A DNA stretch of 64,000 nucleotides from a virus (Duplodnaviria > Heunggongvirae > Uroviricota > Caudoviricetes), in the IMG/VR virus record IMGVR_UViG_2880395615_000008, one strand, 5' to 3'. The translations under genes and the position numbers were made by a program. The notes under the pieces are model-generated. The model worked only from the letters and a program-made list of their open reading frames with translations, searched no databases and had not been told where the DNA came from. Of the stretch, positions 18,444-27,629 are shown in pieces (the first letter of the stretch is position 1; every line of letters starts with the position of its first letter).

Positions 18444-18889
18444 TAAAAAAGCCAGCGACTGACCTGAAAAAGAAGACGCTGGCTAAAAGGCCTTATATGT
18501 TTGTAGAGACTTATTTTTCACAGACAGCAATGATGCCTGTCAATATATTATCAATATGCGGATTGTTTCAGTTACAGATGCCTTATTAAGGAAAAAAACA
18601 GCCAGCACTGACTTTCGGTGGAGAGGTGCTGGCTCAAAAGGATAGATGTACTTCACATGTTGCTTCTATATGGCAGTACATTTTCTGACAGACAGTGACG
18701 GATGTTGTCAAGATATTGTGTCATTTATAACCTGAATCAGGGGAGGCCGGAATGTTATCTGGCATTTTTAGCAGAGCCTGAATGCCATAATCACGGCTCC
18801 CGGCGTTGGCCGTCAGTGGGTGACACTGGCGGCTTTTTTGTTTTTCTTTACTTTCATTTTCTGTCGGCGGTGACGGAGACATACATCAG

Positions 18890-19096
18890 ATGGAAAAAAT
18901 CACAACAGGTGTGTCATACACCACGTCAGCGGTGGGGACGGGATACTGGTTACTGCAGCTGCTGGACAAAGTCTCTCCGTCCCAGTGGGTGGCAATAGGT
19001 GTGCTGGGAAGTCTGCTGTTTGGCCTGCTGACGTATCTGACAAATCTTTATTTCAAGATTAAAGAAGATAAGCGTAAGGCTGCGAGAGGTGAATAA
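18890..19096 (+). CDS. Class II holin (phage 21 S-type)
   Basis: 68 aa, two TM segments ([38 protein letters not shown]), charged C-terminus; precedes endolysin. Confidence 0.8.
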   Translation: MEKITTGVSYTTSAVGTGYWLLQLLDKVSPSQWVAIGVLGSLLFGLLTYLTNLYFKIKEDKRKAARGE

Positions 19097-19593
19097 TGTC
19101 GCCGTCATTACGCAAGGCTGTTGCAGCTGCTATTGGTGGTGGGGCTGTTGCCATAGCGTCTGTGCTCATCACTGGTCCAGGTGGTAACGATGGTCTGGAA
19201 GGTGTCAGCTACATACCATACAAAGATATCGTTGGCGTATGGACTGTATGTCACGGACACACCGGAAAAGACATCATGCCCGGTAAAACGTATACCGAAG
19301 CAGAATGCAAAGCCCTCCTGAATAAAGACCTTGCCACGGTCGCCAGACAAATTAACCCGTACATCAACGTCGATATACCGGAAACAACGCGCGGCGCTCT
19401 TTACTCGTTCGTTTACAACGTGGGCGCTGGCAATTTCAGAACATCGACGCTTCTTCGCAAAATAAACCAGGGCGATATCAAAGGCGCATGTGATCAGCTA
19501 CGGCGCTGGACATACGCTGGCGGTAAGCAATGGAAAGGGCTGATGACTCGCCGCGAGATTGAGCGTGAAGTCTGTTTGTGGGGGCAACAATGA
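19096..19593 (+). CDS. SAR endolysin (lysozyme, phage 21 R-type)
   Basis: 165 aa, N-terminal signal-arrest-release segment ([18 protein letters not shown]) and lysozyme-like body. Confidence 0.8.
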   Translation: MSPSLRKAVAAAIGGGAVAIASVLITGPGGNDGLEGVSYIPYKDIVGVWTVCHGHTGKDIMPGKTYTEAECKALLNKDLATVARQINPYINVDIPETTRGALYSFVYNVGAGNFRTSTLLRKINQGDIKGACDQLRRWTYAGGKQWKGLMTRREIEREVCLWGQQ

Positions 19594-20057
19594 GCAGGGT
19601 AACCGTTATTATCTCCGCTCTGGTTATCTGCATTATCGCCTGCCTGTCATGGGCTGTTAATCATTACCGCGATAACGCCATTACCTACAAAGCGCAACGC
19701 GATAAAAAAGCCAGTGAGCTGAAGCTGGCGAACGTGACAATTACTGATATGCAGGTACGCCAGCGTGATGTCGCTGCACTTGATGCCAGATACTCGAGGG
19801 AATTAGCCGATGCGAGAGCTGAAAATGAAACTCTGCGTGCTGATGTTGCCGCTGGTCGTAAGCGCCTGCGCATCAACGCCAACTGTCCAGGCTCCTTGCG
19901 TAAAGCCCCCATCACCTCCGGCGTGGGTAATGCAACCGGTCCCCGACTGGCAGAAGCCGCTGAACGGGATTATTTCATCCTCAGAGAACGGCTGATGGCA
20001 ATGCAGAAGCAACTGGAAGGAGCACAGGAATATATCCGTACCCAGTGTATACCGTGA
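19590..20057 (+). CDS. Rz-like i-spanin
   Basis: N-terminal TM segment, coiled-coil, C-terminal Cys; contains embedded Rz1-like frame. Confidence 0.65.
   Translation: MSRVTVIISALVICIIACLSWAVNHYRDNAITYKAQRDKKASELKLANVTITDMQVRQRDVAALDARYSRELADARAENETLRADVAAGRKRLRINANCPGSLRKAPITSGVGNATGPRLAEAAERDYFILRERLMAMQKQLEGAQEYIRTQCIP
19825..19995 (+). CDS. Rz1-like o-spanin lipoprotein embedded in Rz
   Basis: [15 protein letters not shown] lipobox, proline-rich mature part. Confidence 0.6.
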   Translation: MKLCVLMLPLVVSACASTPTVQAPCVKPPSPPAWVMQPVPDWQKPLNGIISSSENG

Positions 20058-20522
20058 TGTTTTGTTATGAAGATGTTACTGGTAACATTAAGGTAATTTA
20101 ACAAAGAGTCAGTTCCGGACTTTATAGTGTGCTCAGTTCATGGCCAAAAACGATTTCTGTGATAAATATTTTGAATATTATTTACAGGTAAATGGAGTGG
20201 GGCGCATGGATAGAAATATTACAATAGAGTATGAAGTATATGCCCGTATTGTATGGGCAGAGAAGGCAAAAACACGGTAATTCCGTGTGTTGCCATGATA
20301 CCTGATTGGCAGAATAGTTGTTTGGTTTTGAGTATATAGTCAGCGTTTTTTGTTCAGTAATTGCCCCCTCAAAAAATAATAAAATAAGGTGATTATTTTT
20401 GTTTATTATTTAGTTTTTTTTGTGTGTTATTTTATTGTTTTTGCGTGGTTTGTTTTTTATTGTTATTTCATTAAGGGAAGGTAAATTCAGGATGGCAGTC
20501 TGTAGATAATCGGAGGTCACTT

Positions 20523-20837
20523 ATGCTACATGATCACGTGGCAGAATGTCTGGAGAAAAAAGGACTGTACCGGAGAGCAGCTGAACGATGGGCAAAAGTG
20601 ATGGTACAGCTAAGTGATGACCAGAAAAGAAAAGTGGCGGCACAGAAACGAGCAGAGTGTTTGCGTAAGGCGCGCCGGACTCCGGTTTCACCGGTGAACC
20701 TGACCGAAATAAAACAAGCGGTCAACAGACTACATTCTGAGTTGGGAATGGGATTTGAAGAGCGGCGGGTATTCCGACGATATAAAGGGACAGGAGAACA
20801 GAATACGTCCGGAAACGCGCGGTCAAAAAAATGCTAA
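20523..20837 (+). CDS. PerC-family transcriptional regulator (Pch-like)
   Basis: 104 aa with LEKKGLYRRAAERW motif; AT/T-rich upstream region 20100-20520; location between lysis genes and terminase. Confidence 0.5.
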   Translation: MLHDHVAECLEKKGLYRRAAERWAKVMVQLSDDQKRKVAAQKRAECLRKARRTPVSPVNLTEIKQAVNRLHSELGMGFEERRVFRRYKGTGEQNTSGNARSKKC

Positions 20838-20918
20838 AAAATATCTGAGAGAGTTATTGCCTGTTACCATAAGAAAAAGCGACTTTAGTGGTCGCTTTTT
20901 GTGTCATATATAAGTCGT

Positions 20919-21143
20919 TTAAGTAAACCTGTCTGAACAGGTGCTCTGGTCGTGTTTGTCTTTGTTGGGTACAAATTGAGAATATTTTTCATTAATTAAT
21001 CTTCTTCTGCAGGCTTCAATAACCCACGCTGAAAAATTACCTGAACCTTTCTGGTCAAGAGCGATGTTAATTTGTTCAATCATCTGGTTTGGAAATCGGA
21101 TGTTGCGGGTTGTTGTTCTGCGGGTCCGGTTTTTCGGTGACAT
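20919..21143 (-). CDS. Possible ribbon-helix-helix (Arc/CopG-like) DNA-binding protein
   Basis: 74-aa ORF; RNIRFPNQMIEQINIALDQKGSGNFSAWVIEACRRRL pattern. Confidence 0.3.
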   Translation of the reverse strand: MSPKNRTRRTTTRNIRFPNQMIEQINIALDQKGSGNFSAWVIEACRRRLINEKYSQFVPNKDKHDQSTCSDRFT

Positions 21144-21184
21144 TTTCTTTCCTCTGGTGACAAGCTATATGGCGAGGATTTTAC

Positions 21185-21715
21185 ATGGCCGTGCTTCGTA
21201 CGTTACCGGGCAGAATCAAAACTCTGAATACCCGGCGGGTGAATGTCCTGAAGGGTGAACAGCGTCGGGTCAGTGGCAGTGCCCGGGTTTCCCTCAAGCG
21301 TCGTATCTGGCTGAGGGATGCCGGACAGTGCTGTCTCTGTGGGCGTGTGGTTGACCTTTGTGACAGTGAACTCGATCACCGCATTGCACTTCAGTTCGGT
21401 GGTGGTAATGAGGAGACGAATCTCTGGACGCTCTGTACCGAATGCCATCGCCAGAAGTCAGTCAGTGAAACGGCGAGTGGTATGCCGGACCCGACGCTGC
21501 CGGAGGTCATGGCAGGGCAGACGATATCATCGGACTGTGACCCGCCCCGGGGGGGGGATCATCCGGCGAAAAAAACGATCGCCCCGGACACCGCCCCCCG
21601 TCTCATGCAGAGAAAAAATTCCTGTTTCAGGCCAGTTAACATGTTAACTGGCTGCCCGGGCATTTTTTCGGTTTTTATCTTTATTATTCAGTTTGTTGTG
21701 CGAAAAAAATGTTAA
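21185..21715 (+). CDS. HNH endonuclease (terminase-associated)
   Basis: CxxC...DHRIALQFGGGNEETNLWTLCTECHRQK HNH motif; immediately upstream of terminase small subunit. 3' end of ORF may be over-extended. Confidence 0.7.
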   Translation: MAVLRTLPGRIKTLNTRRVNVLKGEQRRVSGSARVSLKRRIWLRDAGQCCLCGRVVDLCDSELDHRIALQFGGGNEETNLWTLCTECHRQKSVSETASGMPDPTLPEVMAGQTISSDCDPPRGGDHPAKKTIAPDTAPRLMQRKNSCFRPVNMLTGCPGIFSVFIFIIQFVVRKKC

Positions 21716-21758
21716 CTGGCTTTTTCAGCAAATGTTAACCAGGCAGCAGTTAACATTT
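21632..21758. repeat. Cluster of GTTAAC-centred palindromes (ATGTTAACTGG / CCAGTTAACAT), candidate terminase or HNH recognition region
   Basis: ccagttaacatgttaactgg (21632-21651), atgttaactgg (21708-21718), aaatgttaaccagg...cagttaacattt (21730-21758). Confidence 0.45.
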
Positions 21759-21830
21759 GCGGCATGAGACGCCGGGAAAAATGGGCTGAACCATACCCGG
21801 CTGAGTGCGTTATGGACCCGGGAGGAGGCT

Positions 21831-22394
21831 GTGCTGACAACGCAAAAACGAAAATTTGCGCTGGCGCTCATGTCCGGGAAAAACAAAACAGCGTCAGCCC
21901 TTGCCGCCGGTTATTCGGCGAAGACCGCCAGGATTAAAGGCTCGCAGCTGGCAAAAGATCCGGAGGTGCTCGCGTTTATAGCCCGTAAACAGTGCGAAAC
22001 GGTGGAGGTGGATGAGGTTCCTGTTTACCGGCAGAAAAAATCAGAGCAGGAGGATAAACCCCGTCGCCGTGAGGTGGCTGCAATACCACAGCCGGACGAA
22101 ACAAATCCGGAGATGCCTCCGCCCGCGGTGATATCTCATGGTATTGAATATATGGAGGATGGTCTTCCCGATCCGGTGAAAGCTATGGGGCAGATCCTGG
22201 TGGAAAACCTGATAATTGACCCGAAACTGGCACTGGATGCGGCCTGGCGACTGGCGCAGTTCACACACCATAAAAAAGGCGATGCCGGTAAAAAATCGGC
22301 AAAAGGTGATGCCGCGAAAAAAGCGGCTAACCGTTTTTCGGTGCCACCATCTCCCCGACTGGTGGTGAATAACCAGAATGAGGAAAGCGGATGA
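21831..22394 (+). CDS. Terminase small subunit
   Basis: 187 aa with N-terminal HTH (KRKFALALMSGKNKTASALAAGYSAKTA); overlaps terminase large start. Confidence 0.65.
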   Translation: MLTTQKRKFALALMSGKNKTASALAAGYSAKTARIKGSQLAKDPEVLAFIARKQCETVEVDEVPVYRQKKSEQEDKPRRREVAAIPQPDETNPEMPPPAVISHGIEYMEDGLPDPVKAMGQILVENLIIDPKLALDAAWRLAQFTHHKKGDAGKKSAKGDAAKKAANRFSVPPSPRLVVNNQNEESG

Positions 22395-24052
22395 TACCTG
22401 TATGGAGCACGGCATGTCCGGACTGGGCAGAGCGCCTGAAAAAGGGACTGTCGATTATTCCGGCTCCGATTTATCCGGACCAGGCTGCACATGCACTGGC
22501 GATTTTTAAACAACTGCGGATTGTGGATGCACCGGGTAGCCCGACGTTCGGGGAGTCCTGCGCACAGTGGGTGTTTGACCTGGTGGCGGCCCTGTTTGGC
22601 TCCTATGATGCGCAGACCGGTGTACGCCATATCAAGGAAGTTTTTATCCTTATCCCCAAGAAAAACAGTAAGTCCACGCTGGCCGCGGGGATCATGATGA
22701 CGGCGCTGTTACTGAACTGGCGGCAGGCGGCGGGCTACACCATTCTGGCCCCGACCGTGGAGGTGGCGGCTAACGCCTTCAACCCTGCCAGGGATATGGT
22801 ACGACGGGACGATGATCTGGATGACCTCTGTCAGGTGCAGACACATATCCGGACCATCACCCATCGGGTGACGGACACCACCCTGAAGGTGGTGGCAGCC
22901 GATCCGAATACGGTGTCCGGTATCAAGTCCGTGGGGACACTGATTGATGAACTGTGGCTGTTTGGCAAGCAGTACAAAGCGGAAGACATGCTACGTGAAG
23001 CCATCGGCGGGCTTGCCTCCCGTCCGGAAGGATTTGTGGTGTACACAACCACCCAGTCGAATGAACCGCCTGCCGGGGTGTTCAGACAGAAACTGCAGTA
23101 CGCCCGGGATGTCCGTGACGGCAAAATTCATGATCCGCACTTTCTGCCGGTGATTTTTGAGCATCCTCCTGAAATGGTGGAAAGCGGGGCTCACCTGCTG
23201 ATGGAAAACCTCGCCATGGTTAACCCGAATCTCGGTTATTCGGTGGATGAGGCTTTTCTGTACCGGGAGTACCGTAAAGCCCGGGAGGCTGGTGAGGAAG
23301 CATTTCGTGGCTTCATGTCAAAACACGCCAATGTGGAAATCGGTCTTGCCCTGCGTTCTGACCGCTGGGCGGGCGCGGATTTCTGGGAGCAGCAGGGCAG
23401 GCGCGTCAGCCTGGACGATATCCTGCAGCGCGCTGATGTGGTGACGGTGGGGATTGACGGCGGGGGCCTGGATGATCTGCTGGGAATGTACGTGATTGGC
23501 CGTGACAGGGAAACCCGCGAATGGCTGGGCTGGGGCCATGCCTGGGTGCATGAAACCGCGGTGGTCAGACGGAAGAGTGAGGCATCCCGGTTTCAGGATT
23601 TTGTGGCCTGTGGAGACATGACGATTGTCCGTCGGGTCGGGGATGACACGGCGGAAGTGGCGGAGTATGTGCGTCGTATTCATGAGGCTGAGTTACTGGA
23701 TCATATCGGTATTGACCCGTCAGGTGTGGGGCAGATTCTGGATTCACTGGCGGAAGCCGGGATCCCCGATGAGAGTGTGGTGGGGATAAGCCAGGGCTGG
23801 AAGCTGGGCGGGGCCATCAAAACCACCGAGCGCAAACTGGCTGAGGGAGTGCTGGTGCATGGTGGTCAGCCACTGATGGCCTGGTGCGTTGGCAATGCCC
23901 GGGTGGAGCCTAAAGGTAACGCCATTCTTATCACCAAACAGGCCAGCGGACGGGGAAAAATTGACCCGCTGATGGCGCTCTTCAATGCGGTGTCCCTGAT
24001 GTCCCTGAATCCGGAACCGAAAAAGAAAGCGTATGAGGTTTTTTTCATATAA
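22391..24052 (+). CDS. Terminase large subunit
   Basis: 553 aa, ATPase plus nuclease arrangement; position. Confidence 0.8.
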   Translation: MIPVWSTACPDWAERLKKGLSIIPAPIYPDQAAHALAIFKQLRIVDAPGSPTFGESCAQWVFDLVAALFGSYDAQTGVRHIKEVFILIPKKNSKSTLAAGIMMTALLLNWRQAAGYTILAPTVEVAANAFNPARDMVRRDDDLDDLCQVQTHIRTITHRVTDTTLKVVAADPNTVSGIKSVGTLIDELWLFGKQYKAEDMLREAIGGLASRPEGFVVYTTTQSNEPPAGVFRQKLQYARDVRDGKIHDPHFLPVIFEHPPEMVESGAHLLMENLAMVNPNLGYSVDEAFLYREYRKAREAGEEAFRGFMSKHANVEIGLALRSDRWAGADFWEQQGRRVSLDDILQRADVVTVGIDGGGLDDLLGMYVIGRDRETREWLGWGHAWVHETAVVRRKSEASRFQDFVACGDMTIVRRVGDDTAEVAEYVRRIHEAELLDHIGIDPSGVGQILDSLAEAGIPDESVVGISQGWKLGGAIKTTERKLAEGVLVHGGQPLMAWCVGNARVEPKGNAILITKQASGRGKIDPLMALFNAVSLMSLNPEPKKKAYEVFFI

Positions 24053-24115
24053 CCCTGCTCACCCTGTAACCATCATGAACCGCTGCGGCGGTTTTTTTAT
24101 TTTCAGGAGGCTGAT

Positions 24116-26053
24116 GTGACTCTTAAACGGGCCTGTTCCCTGCTGACGGTGAAATCCTTCAGTGAGGATGAACGGGTGATCACCGGGATTGCGTCAACGC
24201 CTTCTCCGGATCGGGATGGTGACATCCTGGAGCCGGAGGGGGCGGAGTTTGGCAGTACGATCCCGTTTCTCTGGCAGCATGACCATTCCCGCCCTGTAGG
24301 CCAGTGTACGGTGCGTCGGGTCAGGGAAGGGCTGGAAATCACGGCAATGCTGGTGAAGCCGGAGCCGGGGATGCCCTCCCAGATGGCAGCCCGGCTGGAT
24401 GAGGCCTGGGCTGCCATTAAGACCGGGCTGGTCAGGGGGCTTTCTGTGGGCTTCCGGCCCCATGAATACACTTATCTGGACGGAGGCGGACTGCATTTTC
24501 TGCGCTGGGAACTGATGGAGGTGTCTGCCGTCACCGTGCCCGCGAATGCGGAATGCACCATCCGGACCATTAAATCTTTCGGCAGCCCGTTTTCTGCCGC
24601 GTCCGGCAACCGGAGACCGGTGGTGAAAATCGCATCTTCTGCCGGCGCTTCGGCACAGTCAATAACCTCTTTTCATAAGGAAAAGTCAGCAATGAATACT
24701 GGTGAACAGATTAAAAGTTTTGAAAACAAGCGTGCGGCGCTGGCAGCCTCCCTTGAGGAGATCATGAACAAAGCCGCAGAGGAAGGCCGCACACTGGATG
24801 TGGAAGAGGAAGAGCACTACGACAACACCGCAGCGGAAATCCGTCAGGTGGATGCGCACCTGAAGCGTCTGCGTGAACTGGAAACCAGTAAGGCCGCCAC
24901 GGCACAGCCGGTGAAACAGGCCGGTAACGGGAATGTGGCCACGGTGGCTTCAGCGCCGGTGATCTGTGTTGAGCAGAAACTGGAGAAGGGGATTGGTTTC
25001 GCCCGCTTTGCCAAATCACTGGCCGCGGCTAAAGGTGTCCGCTCTGAAGCCCTGGAAGTGGCCCGTCGTCAGTATCCGGATGACAGTCGTCTGCATCATG
25101 TCCTGAAATCGGCGGTGGGGGCAGGGACCACCACGGACCCACAGTGGGCAGGCAGCCTGTCTGAATATCAGGAATATGCGCAGGACTTTATTGATTACCT
25201 GCGTCCGCAGACCATTATCGGGCGATTTGGTCAGGGCGGGATCCCTGCACTTCGTCTGGTGCCGTTCAATATCCGCGTGCATGCCCAGGTGTCCGGCGGT
25301 GCTGCCGGCTGGGTGGGGGAGGGTAAGGCCAGACCCCTGACGAAGTTTGATTTTGAGTCCATCACCTTCAGTCATGCGAAGGTGTCGGCCATTGCGGTAC
25401 TGACGGAAGAGCTGATCCGCTTTTCCAGTCCGGCAGCTGATGCACTGGTCCGTAATGCGCTGGCAGAAGCGGTGGTGGCGCGTCTGGACACAGACTTTGT
25501 GGACCCGAAAAAAGCTGCAGTGGCAGATGTCTCCCCGGCGTCCATCACCCATGATGTGAAGGGCACGGCATCAACCGGTAACCCGGATGCGGATGCCGAG
25601 GCCGCGTTTGGCCAGTTTGTGACGGCAAATCTGCAGCCCACTGGTGCTGTCTGGCTGATGTCCAGCACGAATGCCCTGGCGCTGTCCATGCGTAAAAATG
25701 CGCTGGGTCAGAAGGAATATCCGGACATGACCCTGCTGGGCGGGACCTTTCAGGGGCTTCCGGTGATTGTCTCCCAGTATGTGGGTGACCAGCTGGTACT
25801 GGTGAATGCACCGGATATTTATCTGGCGGATGACGGCGGTGTGGCAGTGGATATGTCCCGTGAAGCGTCACTGGAAATGCAGTCTGAGCCGGGCGGCGAC
25901 AGCACCACACCGTCGCCGGTGGAGCTGGTTTCCATGTTCCAGACCGGCAGCGTGGCCATCCGTGCGGAGCGCTGGATCAACTGGCGTCGTCGCCGTACTG
26001 CGGCGGTGGCTGTGATCACCGGTGTGAACTACGGCAGTGCGTCCGGCGGCTGA
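24116..26053 (+). CDS. Prohead protease - major capsid protein fusion (HK97 family)
   Basis: N-terminal about 170 aa resembles HK97 prohead protease (FLWQHDHSRPVGQ...VSAVTVPAN); remainder has coiled-coil then HK97-fold capsid-like sequence. Confidence 0.65.
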   Translation: MTLKRACSLLTVKSFSEDERVITGIASTPSPDRDGDILEPEGAEFGSTIPFLWQHDHSRPVGQCTVRRVREGLEITAMLVKPEPGMPSQMAARLDEAWAAIKTGLVRGLSVGFRPHEYTYLDGGGLHFLRWELMEVSAVTVPANAECTIRTIKSFGSPFSAASGNRRPVVKIASSAGASAQSITSFHKEKSAMNTGEQIKSFENKRAALAASLEEIMNKAAEEGRTLDVEEEEHYDNTAAEIRQVDAHLKRLRELETSKAATAQPVKQAGNGNVATVASAPVICVEQKLEKGIGFARFAKSLAAAKGVRSEALEVARRQYPDDSRLHHVLKSAVGAGTTTDPQWAGSLSEYQEYAQDFIDYLRPQTIIGRFGQGGIPALRLVPFNIRVHAQVSGGAAGWVGEGKARPLTKFDFESITFSHAKVSAIAVLTEELIRFSSPAADALVRNALAEAVVARLDTDFVDPKKAAVADVSPASITHDVKGTASTGNPDADAEAAFGQFVTANLQPTGAVWLMSSTNALALSMRKNALGQKEYPDMTLLGGTFQGLPVIVSQYVGDQLVLVNAPDIYLADDGGVAVDMSREASLEMQSEPGGDSTTPSPVELVSMFQTGSVAIRAERWINWRRRRTAAVAVITGVNYGSASGG

Positions 26054-26097
26054 GTCTGATGAGGAGGGCGGGAGGTGAGAGCGTCCCGCAGTAACTG

Positions 26098-26319
26098 ATG
26101 GCAAAAATCCGATATCTGCAGGGTACACATGATGCCCGGCCCGGGGATATCCGGGATGTCGCACAGCCGTGTGCGGAGGTGCTGGTTCGCCTGGGAAAGG
26201 CGGAGTACATCACAGCGCGACGTCCGGCGGGTCAGAAAAAGAAACATGATGCGGAGCATAGCGAATGTGGAACCTTTTGCGACGAACCCGAAAAAACCAG
26301 AAATCAGGACGTGATGTAA
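26098..26319 (+). CDS. Hypothetical small ORF between capsid and portal genes
   Basis: 73-aa ORF only. Confidence 0.2.
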   Translation: MAKIRYLQGTHDARPGDIRDVAQPCAEVLVRLGKAEYITARRPAGQKKKHDAEHSECGTFCDEPEKTRNQDVM

Positions 26320-27629
26320 AAGAGGTGGGCTGGACCAGCCTGTTTCAGGCGGTGGCTGAGCCCTTTGCCGGCGCCTGGCAGCAGGGTGTGAAAGCCGATC
26401 CGGAAAGTGTCCTCTCCTTTCATGCGGTGTTTTCTTGCATTTCGCTGATATCCCAGGATATCGCCAAAATGCGGCTGCGCCTGATGCAGACGGATACACA
26501 GGGGATCCGCTGTGAAAAACGGCAGGGGGATATTGCCCGTCTCTGTCGTCGTCCCAATGCACAGCAGAATCGTATCCAGTTTTTTGAACTGTGGCTGAAC
26601 GCCAAACTGCGTCACGGCAATACGGTGGTGCTGAAAATCCGTAACTCCCGGGGGCAGATCAAAGAACTGCGTATTCTGGACTGGAGCCGGGTTGAACCTC
26701 TGGTGGCGGATGACGGCGAGGTGTTCTATCGCATCACGCCGGACCGGAACTGCGGGATCACGGAGGCGGTGACGGTGCCTGCCCGGGAAGTGATCCACGA
26801 CCGGTTTAACTGTTTTTTTCATCCGCTTGTGGGGCTGCCGCCGGTGTATGCCGCCGGGCTGGCGGCCACGCAGGGGCATCATATTCAGGAAAATTCGACG
26901 TCTTTTTTCAGAAATGGCGGCAGGCCGTCCGGGGTGATTGAGATCCCCGGCAGTATTACGGAAGAAAATGCGAAAAAACTGAAGAGCAACTGGGACAGCG
27001 GGTATACCGGCGAAAATGCGGGGAAAACGGCCATTTTGAGCAACGGGGCAAAATACAACCCCACGACGTTTTCACCGGTGGATGCGCAGACGGTGGAACA
27101 ACTGAAGATGACCGCTGAAATTGTCTGTTCGGTGTTCCGTGTCCCGGCCTACAAGATTGGCGTTGGCCAGCCACCTTCCAGTGACAACGTGGAGGCGCTG
27201 GAGCAGCAGTATTATTCCCAGTGCCTGCAGACGCTGATTGAGTCCATTGAACTGTTACTGGATGAGGCGCTGGAAACGGGGGAAAACGAGAGTACGGAGT
27301 TTGACGTCACCACGCTGCTGAGAATGGACAGCGAACGGCGCATGAAAACGCTGGGTGAGTCGGTGAAAAATACGCTTCTCACGCCCAATGAGGCCCGTAA
27401 ACGTGAGAACCTGCCGCCCCTTGCGGGAGGTGATGCACTGTATCTTCAGCAGCAGAACTACAGTCTGGAGGCGCTGTCCCGTCGTGATGCCCGTGAAGAT
27501 CCGTTTGCGTCGTCCGGGAAAAGAGTTTCAGCCCAACTGCCTGACGGCGCATCTGACGGTAATAAGGCAATCAGTGAAACAGAGCATGGTGCGGTGAAAG
27601 CGATGTTGAGGGGGATACTGCGAAAATGA
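26265..27629 (+). CDS. Portal protein (HK97 family)
   Basis: 454 aa; FFRNGGRPSGVIEIPGSITEENAKKLKSNWDSGYTGENAGKTAILSNGAKY...FRVPAYKIGV typical of HK97-type portals. Confidence 0.75.
   Translation: MWNLLRRTRKNQKSGRDVKEVGWTSLFQAVAEPFAGAWQQGVKADPESVLSFHAVFSCISLISQDIAKMRLRLMQTDTQGIRCEKRQGDIARLCRRPNAQQNRIQFFELWLNAKLRHGNTVVLKIRNSRGQIKELRILDWSRVEPLVADDGEVFYRITPDRNCGITEAVTVPAREVIHDRFNCFFHPLVGLPPVYAAGLAATQGHHIQENSTSFFRNGGRPSGVIEIPGSITEENAKKLKSNWDSGYTGENAGKTAILSNGAKYNPTTFSPVDAQTVEQLKMTAEIVCSVFRVPAYKIGVGQPPSSDNVEALEQQYYSQCLQTLIESIELLLDEALETGENESTEFDVTTLLRMDSERRMKTLGESVKNTLLTPNEARKRENLPPLAGGDALYLQQQNYSLEALSRRDAREDPFASSGKRVSAQLPDGASDGNKAISETEHGAVKAMLRGILRK

Noticed and set aside
25016-25910. Minus-strand ORFs inside the protease-capsid gene
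   Set aside because: Antisense to a well-supported structural gene; no start context or homology.
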